In this document: positions 20,201 through 29,974 of the stretch, in pieces | Position numbering within the stretch: the first letter of the stretch is position 1 | Layout: each line of letters starts with the position of its first letter | Source: Myxococcota bacterium | Lineage (GTDB): Bacteria; Myxococcota_A; UBA9160; JAFDDA01 | Direction of reading: 5' to 3' | Assembly (NCBI GenBank): GCA_965228475.1 | Contig: OZ245817.1 | Coordinates: forward strand, 320,001-384,000 | Length of the DNA stretch: 64,000 bases | Notes under the pieces: generated by a model | Seen by the model: only the letters and a program-made list of their open reading frames with translations | Told to the model about the DNA's origin: nothing | The model's database searches: none | Position numbers and translations under genes: made by a program

Positions 20201-21108
20201 TGCGCGCGGAATTCGGGCAGCGCTCGGGATCCGGACGGCGCTCGGGCTTCACGCTGGTCGAGCTGGTCGCGGTGATGATCGTGGGCGGCATCGTTTCGGC
20301 GAGCGTGGGCGTCTTCATGACGCGCCCCATGGAGGGCTACAACGATCTCGCGCGCCGGACGATGCTCGTCGACTCCGCCGACCTCGCGGCCCGCCGCCTG
20401 GCCCGGGACGTCCAGCGTGCGCTGCCGAACTCGTTGCGCGTGGCCGGGGGTGGGACGGTCCTCGAGCTGCTCCACACCGTCGACGGGGTCCGCTACCGGG
20501 CCATCCCCGCCACGAACCCGAGCACCGAGGACCACACCGCGGCGAGCGACGTGATCTCCTTCTTCGGTGACACGAGCTGGAACGTCCTCGGCCGGTTCGC
20601 TTCGCTCTCCTTCGGCTACGGGACGCCGCTTGCCGCCGGCCACCGCCTGGCGATCTACACGACGAACCCGGCGCTCGTCTGGTCGGACGCGGCGACCGGC
20701 GCGAACCCGGGCCTCGTGACGCCCGCGACGACCACGATCACGGTCGCCAACGATGGTGACGAGGATCAGATCAACCTCTCCGCCGCACACCAGTTCCGCT
20801 TCTCGTCTCCGGGGCGCCGTCTCTACGTCGTCGACGAGCCCGTGAGCTACGTGTGCGACGCCGCCGCCGGCACCCTCACCCGCTACTCCGGCTACGCCCC
20901 GGCATCGGCACAGCCCACGAACCCGGCGGTGGCGCCCCTTTCGACGGCCACCTCCGGGCTCGTGACGCGCCGGGTCAGCGCCTGCAGCTTCACCTACCAG
21001 CCCGGCACGACCCAGCGCGCGGCGACCGTCTCGCTCGACCTGACCCTCACCGCCGACGGCGAGAACATCCGGCTGATGCGTCAGGTGCACGCGGGGAACG
21101 TGCCGTGA
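20200..21108 (+). CDS. mshO: MSHA minor pilin MshO-like
   Basis: SG|FTLVELV, ALPNSLRV, SPGRRLYVV..PVSYVC, QVHAGNVP. Confidence 0.85.
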   Translation: MRAEFGQRSGSGRRSGFTLVELVAVMIVGGIVSASVGVFMTRPMEGYNDLARRTMLVDSADLAARRLARDVQRALPNSLRVAGGGTVLELLHTVDGVRYRAIPATNPSTEDHTAASDVISFFGDTSWNVLGRFASLSFGYGTPLAAGHRLAIYTTNPALVWSDAATGANPGLVTPATTTITVANDGDEDQINLSAAHQFRFSSPGRRLYVVDEPVSYVCDAAAGTLTRYSGYAPASAQPTNPAVAPLSTATSGLVTRRVSACSFTYQPGTTQRAATVSLDLTLTADGENIRLMRQVHAGNVP

Positions 21109-21506
21109 GCGCGCGGGGCAACCGGGGTTTCTCCCTCCTGAGCGCGATCTTCCTGCTGGTCGTGCTCGGAACCGCCGGCGTGTTCATGGCCAAGATGTCC
21201 GGTGTTCAGCAGCGCACGGGAAACCTGGCCCTCGGCGGCGTGCGCGCGTACTGGGCCGCCCAGTCGGGTCTCGAGTGGGGCATCCATCGGACGCTCACGG
21301 TGGGAAGCTGCCAATCCGGAGCGTTCACTCTCAGCGAAGGCGGGACCGGAGGCTTCTCCGTGAACGTCGGCTGCACGTCGACCCAGCACACGGAGGAGGC
21401 GGTCCGGACCGTCTATCGCCTCACCTCCGTCGCGACCCGCGGAAGCTTCGGCGACCGGGACTATGCTTCGCGCCGGATCGAAACCTCCGTGACGGACACA
21501 CCGTGA
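21105..21506 (+). CDS. mshP: MSHA minor pilin MshP-like
   Basis: RG|FSLLSAIFLLVVL (no Glu5), RAYWAAQSGLEWG, DYASRRIE. Confidence 0.85.
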   Translation: MSARGNRGFSLLSAIFLLVVLGTAGVFMAKMSGVQQRTGNLALGGVRAYWAAQSGLEWGIHRTLTVGSCQSGAFTLSEGGTGGFSVNVGCTSTQHTEEAVRTVYRLTSVATRGSFGDRDYASRRIETSVTDTP

Positions 21507-24500
21507 GCCGCACGATCGCGAGAGTTTCCGTCGTCCTTCTGACGCTCTTCGCCGCAGCGACTTCCGCGAGCGCCGAAACGATGTGCCGCGATACGTCGTC
21601 GAGCGCGAGCTCGGGCACGTTGACGGACTCGGGCGGCGCTTCCGGGAACTACCGAAACCGGGAGAGCTGTCGATTCGACATCCGATCGTCCGGCGGCGAC
21701 ATCGAGCTGACGTTCTCTTCGTTCTCCTACGAGTCGTTCTACGACTACCTCTACGTCTACGACGGCGGAACGCAGATCGCCCGACTCACCGGAAGCAGCC
21801 TGCCTTCGAGCCTGCGCGCGACCTCCGGAACGATGACGCTCTACCACCGAACGGACCGTTCCGTGACCCGTGCCGGATTCGTTGCGAGCTGGAGCGAGGT
21901 GAAGGCGGGCTGCGCCACGGAAACGGTCGCGGACAACTTCCCCGGCGTCTCCTACTCCCAAAGCAGCGGAAGTCAGGGCTGGTCGACGAACTGGCTCGAG
22001 ATCGGCGAGAGCGACGGGCCGTCCGCGGGAATCGCTCGGGTCCGTCGGGACCTCTGCACCAGCGGTAACTGTCTCCGCTTCGGGCGGCCTTCGGGGACCG
22101 GATCGGCAAGCTTCTCCGGCCGCGGCGTCCAGCGCGAGTTCGATCTGAGCGACGCGACGGACCCGGAGCTCTCCTTCGTCCACCGCCAGGGCGTGAACCG
22201 GGGCTCGTCGACGATCGTGCTCTCGGTCTCCGACGACGGCGGCAGCAGCTGGACGGAACTCGACCGCTGGACGATCTCCAGCACCAACACCTCTGCCGTC
22301 TCCGAGTCCTACGCTCTCTCGAGCTATGCGTCGGCGAACACCCGGATCCGCTTCATCGCCTCGGGCACCAACGCCGAGTCGGGCTTCTACGTCGACGACG
22401 TCCAGGTGAAGTACGTGAGCCGGAGCTGCGGGGCGGACGTCGACCACTTCGAGATCACCCACGATGGATCCGGGATCCACTGCGTGGGAGAGCGCGTCCG
22501 CGTGATCGCGGCGGACGCCACCGGGGACCCCGTGACGGACTACCAGGGGACGATCGAGCTCGACACCGGCTCCGGCAACGGCACCTGGACCTCCGCCGGC
22601 GCGAACGCCGGAACCTTCACGGACGCGACGGCGGACGACGGCCTCGCCCGCTACGAGTTCGCCGATGCCGACGATGGCGAGGCGAACTTCATCCTGAGCT
22701 ACACGCAGGGAACGACGCCGATCGACATCGAGGTCGTGGACGTCGACGATTCGAGCGCCCGTGACGACGACTCCGAGGGGGCGCTCTCCTGGGGTGCGAG
22801 CGGCTTCACCGTCACCGCAAACCCGCTCTCGAATCCGCCGCCGGGCACGATCAACGACCCGGTCCCCAACCAGACGGCCGGGACGTCCTTCCCGCTCTAT
22901 CTCACCGCCTACGGGACGACGCCCACCGACCCCGCCTGTGGCGTGATCGAGAGCTACACGGGGACCCAGCCGATCTCCTTCTGGCACGTCTGGTCCGACC
23001 CGAACTCCGGCACCGTGCGGCCGACGGTCGGGGGCAGCACCATCGCCGGGAGCGAGGGGGCCGCGGCCCCGCAGAACGTGACCTTCGTGAATGGCCAGGC
23101 GAGGGTGGCCGCCAAGTACAAGGACGTCGGGCGCATCCAGATCGGACTGAAGGATGCCAGCGTCGCCGATCCGGTGGGCGGAATCCGCGGTGCGACCAAC
23201 CTCTTCGTGGTGTCACCGGCGGATTTCGTGATCACGAACGTCTCCCGGCCGGATCTCACCGCGAACCCCGGCGTCTCGACGCCGACGGGCGACGTGTTCG
23301 TCGCGGCGGGGGCGCCCTTCCGCGTCACCGTGGACGCGCGGGATTCCGAGGGCAGCGTGACGCCGAACTACGGCAACGAGGCGTCCGCGGAAGGGATCGT
23401 GCTCCGCGCCGACACCCTCGTCGCGCCGGCCGGCGGCCGCAACGGCTCGGCCAACGACGGCGCGATCGGGAACGGGACCGCCTTCAGCGTCACGGGGACC
23501 GCCGGGACCTTCCTGAACACCCAGGCCTCCTGGGACGAAGCCGGCGCCGTCACGCTCCAGGCGAGCGTGGCCGATGGCAGCTACCTCGGGGCAGGCGACG
23601 TCGTCGGCACCTCGAGCGGCACGGTCGGGCGCTTCCGACCCGACCACTTCGGTGTCGCCCTGAACGCGCCGACCTTCGACACGGCCTGCGGCGCCGGCGG
23701 CTTCGGCTACGTGGGGGAGCCGTTTGGCTTCATGACCGGCGGCCGCCCCGTCTTGACGGCGACGGCCCAGGCGGTGGGCAACACCACGACGCGGAACTAC
23801 ACCGGGGGCTGGATGCGCCTCACGAACGCCTCCCTCGCCAACCGAGCCTACGCCGCGGCGGCGGGCACGCTCGACACGACCGGTCTCCCGGCGACCACGG
23901 CCGACCCCACGATCGTCGACAACGGAGACGGAACCGCGACGCTGACCTTCTCCGCCGGAAGCGGCCTCTCCTTCGTGCGCGGTGTCGCGCCGACCGCACC
24001 CTTCGACGCCGACGTGGCGCTCTCCATCGACGTGGTCGATCTCGACGGCGCAGCCTACGCGGCGAACCCCGCGCGGTTCGGACAGGCGGCCGCGGGCCTC
24101 GGCATCTCCTTCGACGCCGGGAAGGAGATGCGCTGGGGACGGGTCGCCTTCGAGAACGCCCACGGCTCGGAGCTCCTGCCGCTGGCCGTTCCCCTGCGAG
24201 CCGAGTCCTTCCTGGCAGCGGGCTACTTCGCGGCCAATCTCCAGGACGCCTGCACGGTGCTCGGCGTCGCGAACCTGGTTCGGACGCCGACGCCGGGAAG
24301 CCTCGCGAGCACGCCGACCTTCGCCAACACTCCCCTCGCCGCCGGCGATGCCGGGCTCGCGCTCTCGGCCCCCGGCGCGGGAAACCAGGGAACGATCGAC
24401 CTCCGTCAGGATCTCTCGGCGGCCGGCGACGACCTCGCGTGGCTGCGCTTCGACTGGGATCAGGACGGCGCCCACGACGACGACCCGACCGGCCGCGCCA

Positions 24501-24556
24501 CCTTCGGCGTCTTCTCCGGCGACGGCGCCGTCATCTTCCAGCGCGAGGTCTACTAG
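21503..24556 (+). CDS. mshQ: MshQ-like pilus tip adhesin: CUB domain + jelly-roll-like domain + MshQ (DUF6701-like) C-terminus
   Basis: GTLTDSGG...Y...C...ESFYDYLYVYDG (CUB); GRFRPDHF, RWGR..FENAHGSE, WLRFDW, ATFG, IFQRE. Confidence 0.8.
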   Translation: MSRTIARVSVVLLTLFAAATSASAETMCRDTSSSASSGTLTDSGGASGNYRNRESCRFDIRSSGGDIELTFSSFSYESFYDYLYVYDGGTQIARLTGSSLPSSLRATSGTMTLYHRTDRSVTRAGFVASWSEVKAGCATETVADNFPGVSYSQSSGSQGWSTNWLEIGESDGPSAGIARVRRDLCTSGNCLRFGRPSGTGSASFSGRGVQREFDLSDATDPELSFVHRQGVNRGSSTIVLSVSDDGGSSWTELDRWTISSTNTSAVSESYALSSYASANTRIRFIASGTNAESGFYVDDVQVKYVSRSCGADVDHFEITHDGSGIHCVGERVRVIAADATGDPVTDYQGTIELDTGSGNGTWTSAGANAGTFTDATADDGLARYEFADADDGEANFILSYTQGTTPIDIEVVDVDDSSARDDDSEGALSWGASGFTVTANPLSNPPPGTINDPVPNQTAGTSFPLYLTAYGTTPTDPACGVIESYTGTQPISFWHVWSDPNSGTVRPTVGGSTIAGSEGAAAPQNVTFVNGQARVAAKYKDVGRIQIGLKDASVADPVGGIRGATNLFVVSPADFVITNVSRPDLTANPGVSTPTGDVFVAAGAPFRVTVDARDSEGSVTPNYGNEASAEGIVLRADTLVAPAGGRNGSANDGAIGNGTAFSVTGTAGTFLNTQASWDEAGAVTLQASVADGSYLGAGDVVGTSSGTVGRFRPDHFGVALNAPTFDTACGAGGFGYVGEPFGFMTGGRPVLTATAQAVGNTTTRNYTGGWMRLTNASLANRAYAAAAGTLDTTGLPATTADPTIVDNGDGTATLTFSAGSGLSFVRGVAPTAPFDADVALSIDVVDLDGAAYAANPARFGQAAAGLGISFDAGKEMRWGRVAFENAHGSELLPLAVPLRAESFLAAGYFAANLQDACTVLGVANLVRTPTPGSLASTPTFANTPLAAGDAGLALSAPGAGNQGTIDLRQDLSAAGDDLAWLRFDWDQDGAHDDDPTGRATFGVFSGDGAVIFQREVY

Positions 24557-24666
24557 GCCCAGCGCGAGGTCTACCGAGCCCTTCGGGCCTTTCCGACACT
24601 TTCGCCCCCGTCCCACCACTTTCCTCCGAACGTCCCGGCCGTCCGGCCGCGCCCGGAGGGAATTCC

Positions 24667-25809
24667 ATGAGAGCCCTGCGTTTCCTCGCGGGAATCGCCT
24701 TCGCCCTCGCGGCGGCTCCGTCGGCTTCCGCCGTCACCTGGACCTTCACCCGCATCGTCGACGACGCGGGCGCCCTCGCGAACCTTCCCAACCAGGCCGC
24801 CATCAACGAGTCCGGCGTGGTGGCGTTCCGGGCGGACTTCGATGCCGGAGGGCGCGGCATCTTCACGGGCGACGGCACCGGAGCCGTGACGCCGGTGGCC
24901 GACACCTCCGGCGGCTACGACGATTTCAGCACGCCGACGATCAACGCCTCGGGCGACGTGGCCTTCGTCGGCATCCTCGATTCGGGCGGAAGCGGCGTCT
25001 ACCGCATCGACGGCGGCGGCACGCAGACGATCGCGGAGAGCGGCGTGGTCTACACGGACTTCTCCGGCAGTCTCACCGCGACGCCCTCGATCAACGCCTC
25101 GGGCGACGTCGCCTTCACCGCGAACCTCGTCGCCGGCGGCCGCGGCATCTACGTGGGTGACGGCGCTGCACCCGTGCCGATCGTGGTCGAGCCCGGCCCC
25201 TTCCCGAACCTCAGCGCACCGTCCCTGAACGACCTCGGGCAGGTGGCATTCTGGGGTTCGAACGATCTCCAGCGCGGCAGCGGCGGCCCGCTCACCGACA
25301 TGGCCGCTATCGGCGACCCCGCCGGAGGCTCGACGATCAGCACGCTCGTGAACCCGTTCGGGACCCTGAACGACCTCGGCCAGATCGCGTTCCAGGCCGG
25401 GCTCGCGAGTGGCCCGGGGGACGTCGGCATTTTCGTCTCCGACGGCACGACGATCACTTCGGTGCTCACGTCGGGCGCGGGCGGCATCTTCGGCCCCGCC
25501 GCCATCAACGACGCGGGCTGGGTGGCCTTCGAGACGATCTTCGACCTCTCGGTGAAGGCCTTCACCGGGGCGGGCGTGGATACGGTGCTCGCTCCGGGCG
25601 TAGCGCTCGATGGGAGCAGCGTCGTCTCCGCCCGTTTCTTCTCGCCCGAGGGCTTGAACGACGCGGGGCAGCTCGTCGTCTGGGCCGAGCTCGCCGACGG
25701 CCGCCGCGGCCTCTACCGCGCCGACCCGGTCCCCGAGCCCGCCGCGGTGCTCCTCGTGGTCAGCGCGCTGCTCCTCGGGCTCCGCCGAGGCCGGCGACCG
25801 GGAAGCTAG
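24667..25809 (+). CDS. PEP-CTERM protein with tandem NxxGxVAF repeats
   Basis: About 7 repeats such as INESGVVAF, INASGDVAF, LNDLGQVAF; VPEPAAVLLVV...RRGRR. Confidence 0.85.
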   Translation: MRALRFLAGIAFALAAAPSASAVTWTFTRIVDDAGALANLPNQAAINESGVVAFRADFDAGGRGIFTGDGTGAVTPVADTSGGYDDFSTPTINASGDVAFVGILDSGGSGVYRIDGGGTQTIAESGVVYTDFSGSLTATPSINASGDVAFTANLVAGGRGIYVGDGAAPVPIVVEPGPFPNLSAPSLNDLGQVAFWGSNDLQRGSGGPLTDMAAIGDPAGGSTISTLVNPFGTLNDLGQIAFQAGLASGPGDVGIFVSDGTTITSVLTSGAGGIFGPAAINDAGWVAFETIFDLSVKAFTGAGVDTVLAPGVALDGSSVVSARFFSPEGLNDAGQLVVWAELADGRRGLYRADPVPEPAAVLLVVSALLLGLRRGRRPGS

Positions 25810-26655
25810 CTAGGGCAGGTCGAGGTCCTTCGCGGAGTGCCGCTCCGGCACGCGTTCCTCCTCCGGGCCCCACACGCGGTTCACGCGCCGGCCGCGCGCG
25901 ACGGCGGGCCGCGCCTGGAACGCCTCGGCCCAGCGCACCACGTTCTCGTACGACGCCACCTCGAGGAACTCGCCCGCCTCGTAGAGGTGCCCCTGCACGA
26001 GCGCCCCGTACCAAGGTGCCGTCGCCATGTCGGCGATCGTGTAGGTGTCGCCGGCGAGCCACTCGCGTTCGGCGAGGTTCCTGTCGAGCACGTCGAGCTG
26101 GCGCTTCACCTCCATGGCGAAGCGGTTGATCGGATACTCGAACTTCTCGGGCGCGTAGGCATAGAAGTGGCCGAAGCCGCCGCCGAGGTACGGAGCACTG
26201 CCCATCTGCCAGAAGAGCCAGGAGAAGCACTCGGCCCGCTGGGCGGGGTCCTCGGGCAGGAAGGCGCCGAACTTCTCGGCGAGGTACGTGAGGATCGCGC
26301 CGGACTCGAAGACGCGCGTCGGCGGGGCCGAGCCGTGGTCGACGAGGGCGGGGATCTTCGAGTTCGGGTTCGCCGCGACGAAGCCGCTGCCGAACTGGTC
26401 GCCGTCCTGGATGTTGATCAGCCAGGCGTCGTACTCGGCGTCCTTGCCGAGGGCGAGGAGCTCCTCGAGCATCACCGTGACCTTGACGCCGTTCGGGGTC
26501 GCGAGCGAGTAGACCTGGAGCGGGTGCTCGCCCACCGGGAGGTCCTTCTCGTGCGTGGGTCCCGCGATGGGGCGGTTGATGTTCGCGAAGCGGCCGCCGC
26601 TCTCGGCATCCCACTTCCAGACCTTCGGCGGCGTGTATCCCTCGGATTCGCTCAT
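25810..26655 (-). CDS. yghU: Glutathione-dependent disulfide-bond oxidoreductase YghU-like
   Basis: YTPPKVW, FANINRPIAG, YSLATPNGVKV, NPNSKIPAL, LGGGFGHFYAYAP. Confidence 0.93.
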   Translation of the reverse strand: MSESEGYTPPKVWKWDAESGGRFANINRPIAGPTHEKDLPVGEHPLQVYSLATPNGVKVTVMLEELLALGKDAEYDAWLINIQDGDQFGSGFVAANPNSKIPALVDHGSAPPTRVFESGAILTYLAEKFGAFLPEDPAQRAECFSWLFWQMGSAPYLGGGFGHFYAYAPEKFEYPINRFAMEVKRQLDVLDRNLAEREWLAGDTYTIADMATAPWYGALVQGHLYEAGEFLEVASYENVVRWAEAFQARPAVARGRRVNRVWGPEEERVPERHSAKDLDLP

Positions 26656-26744
26656 GGCACCCTTCCTCGTCCCGCCCCGCGGTGTTGCGGGACGGGACGA
26701 GGGTAGCGGCTGGGCGCGATGGCGATCGGGGTCGCTCGGGAGTG

Positions 26745-27623
26745 CTAGCCCAGCTGCCGGAGTGCCTCGATCCGCTCGTCGAGCGGAGGATGGGTCGAGA
26801 AGAGCCGCGCGATCCCGCGGCCGCCGGAGATGCCCATGGAGGCCATGCCCTCGGGAAGGGGCTCGGGGTCGTCGCCTCGCTTCAGGCGCTCGAGGGCGGC
26901 GATCATCGGCTGGCGCCCGGTCAGGCGAGCGGCGCCGGCGTCGGCGCGGAACTCCCGCTGGCGGGAGAACCAGAAGACGATCGGGCTCGCGAGGATCCCG
27001 AACGCCACCTGGGCGACGAGCGACGTGATCAGGTAGGCGGGGCCGTGGCCCTCCTCCGTGCGGAAGACGATCCGGTCGACCGCGAAGCCGACGACGCGAG
27101 CCAGCGCGATCACGAACGTGTTCACGACGCCCTGGACCAGGGTCAGGGTGACCATGTCGCCGTTCGCCACGTGGCTGACCTCGTGGGCCAGCACGGCTTC
27201 GACCTCTTCGCGGGGCATCGAGTGGAGCAGGCCTTCGCTGACGGCGACGAGGGACTTGTCGCGGCGTGCTCCGGTGGCGAAGGCGTTCGGTTCGGCGGCG
27301 GGGAAGATCGCGACCTCGGGCATCCCGATCCCGGCGGCCGATGCCTGGTTCCGGACGGTCTCGACCAGCCACGCCTCGGTCGCGTTCGAGGGGTTCTCGA
27401 GGACGCGCGCGCCGGTGAGCCGCTTCGCGCTCCACTTGGAGATGGCCAGGGAGATGAAGCTGCCGCCCATGCCGATGACGGCGGACAGCACGAGCAGCGC
27501 GCCGACGTCGATGCCCACGCCCTGCTCGTCGAGGATCGAGTTGACGCCCAGGAGATGGAGGACGACCCCCAGGACCAGCAGGATGGCGATGTTGGTGACG
27601 ATGAACAGTGCGATCCGTTTCAT
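26745..27623 (-). CDS. htpX: Protease HtpX (M48)
   Basis: MKRIALF..TN, PNAFATG, HEVSHVANGDMVT, FSRQREFRADAG, FSTHPPL. Confidence 0.95.
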   Translation of the reverse strand: MKRIALFIVTNIAILLVLGVVLHLLGVNSILDEQGVGIDVGALLVLSAVIGMGGSFISLAISKWSAKRLTGARVLENPSNATEAWLVETVRNQASAAGIGMPEVAIFPAAEPNAFATGARRDKSLVAVSEGLLHSMPREEVEAVLAHEVSHVANGDMVTLTLVQGVVNTFVIALARVVGFAVDRIVFRTEEGHGPAYLITSLVAQVAFGILASPIVFWFSRQREFRADAGAARLTGRQPMIAALERLKRGDDPEPLPEGMASMGISGGRGIARLFSTHPPLDERIEALRQLG

Positions 27624-27633
27624 GGTGGAACTC

Positions 27634-27963
27634 CTACCGGAAGCCTCTTCCCCGCTTCGGGGCACGCATCGAGCGCGTGAAGCGTTCCCGATCGAGGCGG
27701 TGCTCCAGGCGCCAGATGGCTGCCGCGGCGGCAGACGGAGTGTCCTCCGCATGGTCCTCGATCGCCAGTCGGTCTCCCTGGCGGAGGCGCACGCGAATGC
27801 TGCACCTCCGAGTGGAGCCCCTGGCTTCGCTCGGCGAGACGGTCACGTCGGCGCGGTCGATGTCGGCCGAGTGCCGCCCGAGGGCCAGCCGGACCTTTCG
27901 CTCGATGGCCTCGCGCGCCTCCTCCGTCATCTCGATGTGGCGCCCACGAATTCGAAGCTGCAC
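27634..27963 (-). CDS. HPF/RaiA family ribosome-associated protein
   Basis: QLRIRGRHIEMTEE.RE.IERK resembles the HPF/S30AE N-terminus. Confidence 0.65.
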   Translation of the reverse strand: MQLRIRGRHIEMTEEAREAIERKVRLALGRHSADIDRADVTVSPSEARGSTRRCSIRVRLRQGDRLAIEDHAEDTPSAAAAAIWRLEHRLDRERFTRSMRAPKRGRGFR

Positions 27964-28014
27964 GAGCGCTCCCTTTCTACGCACTGCAAATTATGACCAC
28001 GGCAATCCATCCAC

Positions 28015-28053
28015 AAATAGGAAATGTATGCTTTCATCTTCGTGATTTTCGAA
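28015..28053. promoter_or_regulatory. Putative NhaR (LysR) box 1
   Basis: AAATAG-N18-TTCG-N7-CGAA in the divergent hpf-like/nhaR intergenic region. Confidence 0.7.
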
Positions 28054-28060
28054 GAGGGAG

Positions 28061-28966
28061 ATGGCCGTGGAATGGCTCAACTACCACCACCTGCTCTACT
28101 TCTACACGGTGGCCCGGGAGGGCAGCGTGACGAAGGCCTCCGAGGTGCTGCTGCTCGCGCAGCCGACGCTCTCGGGGCAGATCCGGAAACTCGAGGAGGC
28201 CCTCGACGAGAAGCTCTTCGTCCGGGAGGGGCGGAACCTCGCGCTGACCGACGTCGGGAAGATGGTCTACCGCTATGCCGAGGAGATCTTCACGCTCGGG
28301 CGGGAAATGCAGGACGCCCTGCGCGGCCGCCCCACGAACCGCCCGGCCAAGTTCCTCGTCGGGATCTCCGATGCCGTTCCCAAACTGATCTGTCATCGGC
28401 TGCTGAAGCGGGTCCTCGAGCTCGAGGACCCGGTCGAGCTCGTGCTGCACGAAGGCAAGACGAACGACCTGCTCGCCGCCCTCGCCGTCCAGGACTACGA
28501 CATGGTCCTGACCGACGCGCCCCTCGGCCCGCCGGTCCGGGTGAAGGCGTTCAATCACTCGCTCGGGGGCTGCGGCGTCGGCTTCTTCGGAGAGCCGAGC
28601 CTCGCCCGCCGCTTCCGCAAGGGATTTCCGAAGAGCCTCGACGGCGCACCGATGATCCTGCCGACCTCGAACACCGCCATGCGGCACTCCCTCGATCTGT
28701 GGTTCGATTCGGTCGGCGTGCGTCCGATCCCGATCGCCGAGATCGAAGACTCGGCGCTTCTCAAGGTGTTCGGTCAGCACGGGACCGGCATCTTCGCGGC
28801 ACCGATCGTCGTCGGCGACGAGATCCGGAAGCTGCACGGCGTCCACCTCGTCGGACAGACCGAAGAGGTTCGCGAAGAGTTCTTCGCCATCACCGTCGAG
28901 CGGCGCATCACCCACCCCGCCGTCGCCGCGATCGCGAAGGCCGCCCGCGACGGGATGCTCTCCTGA
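28061..28966 (+). CDS. nhaR: LysR family transcriptional activator NhaR
   Basis: WLNYHHLLYFY..AREGSV, QPTLSGQI, VGISDAVPK, EDSALLKVFG, ERRITHP. Confidence 0.9.
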   Translation: MAVEWLNYHHLLYFYTVAREGSVTKASEVLLLAQPTLSGQIRKLEEALDEKLFVREGRNLALTDVGKMVYRYAEEIFTLGREMQDALRGRPTNRPAKFLVGISDAVPKLICHRLLKRVLELEDPVELVLHEGKTNDLLAALAVQDYDMVLTDAPLGPPVRVKAFNHSLGGCGVGFFGEPSLARRFRKGFPKSLDGAPMILPTSNTAMRHSLDLWFDSVGVRPIPIAEIEDSALLKVFGQHGTGIFAAPIVVGDEIRKLHGVHLVGQTEEVREEFFAITVERRITHPAVAAIAKAARDGMLS

Positions 28967-28999
28967 ACCGAACTGCCGCGCGGCGACGGGTCGGCCGTC

Positions 29000-29944
29000 T
29001 CATCCGGCCGAGCCGCGCGGCTCGACGGGGCAGACGAACCCCGGCGGCTTCACGACGAGCACGGAACAGCGCACGGAGCGGATGATCGTTTCCGCGGTCT
29101 CGCCGATCAGCAGTCCGGCAATGCCGACGCGCCCGAGACTGCCCATCACGAGGAGGTCGAAGGCCTCTCGTTCGACGAGAGCCGGGAGGACATCGCGGGC
29201 CTCCCCGTTCACGACGTGGACGTTCTCGGCCGCGACCGGGTCGCCGACGCTCGAGAGCAGCCGTTCGAGTGCGCCCCGAGTCTCGTCGCGGACCGAGCCG
29301 ACGTAGGCGTCGAGCTCTTCGAGGGGCATGCGGCTGCGCAGGAGGAGCTCGCCGTCCGCCCGCCAGGCGGTCGCGGTATGGAGCTCGCCCCTTTCGCCCG
29401 CCATGGAAGAAGCCAGGTTCACGACCCGCTTCGCGACCGCCGTGCGGACCTCGTCCTCGGAAGGATCGATCGCGGCGAGCACGCGCGGGGACCGGGTTGC
29501 GTCGACGCTCCCGACGATCCACACGGGGCACGGGCACTTGCGGATGAGATGCAGCGCGGTCGAGCCGAAGAAGAGTCCGCTCCCGCGCGCAGCCCCCTCC
29601 GCGGTCTTCACGACCAGGTCGTGGCCATCCTCGAGAACGGCGCTCACGAGTTCGTGCCATGGGCGCCCCCATCGGACGTCGACCCGGATCTCGAGCCCGG
29701 CTTCGCGCAGCGGCTCGGCCTGGCGTTCCAGGATGTTGCGATGATTCGTTTCGAGGAGCTCTCGCATCTCCGCCACTTCGCTTCCGGGCATCGCGCGACG
29801 CGTGAACCAGCCCTCGCCTTCGAGGATGCGGACCAGCGTGATCCGGGCCCCGTTCTCGCGCGCCAGGGACGCCGCCTGCTCGAGAGCGAGAAAGGCTTCG
29901 TCCTCGAGGGAGGCGTAGACGAGGATGTTCTCGAAGGGGTGCAT
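29000..29944 (-). CDS. Tandem universal stress protein (UspE-like)
   Basis: Two Usp domains: LIRKCPCPVW and VMGSLGRVGIAGLLIGETAE...CSVLVVKP. Confidence 0.9.
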   Translation of the reverse strand: MHPFENILVYASLEDEAFLALEQAASLARENGARITLVRILEGEGWFTRRAMPGSEVAEMRELLETNHRNILERQAEPLREAGLEIRVDVRWGRPWHELVSAVLEDGHDLVVKTAEGAARGSGLFFGSTALHLIRKCPCPVWIVGSVDATRSPRVLAAIDPSEDEVRTAVAKRVVNLASSMAGERGELHTATAWRADGELLLRSRMPLEELDAYVGSVRDETRGALERLLSSVGDPVAAENVHVVNGEARDVLPALVEREAFDLLVMGSLGRVGIAGLLIGETAETIIRSVRCSVLVVKPPGFVCPVEPRGSAG

Positions 29945-29974
29945 GGCGGATCTCCTCGCTCGGGCGGATCGTCC

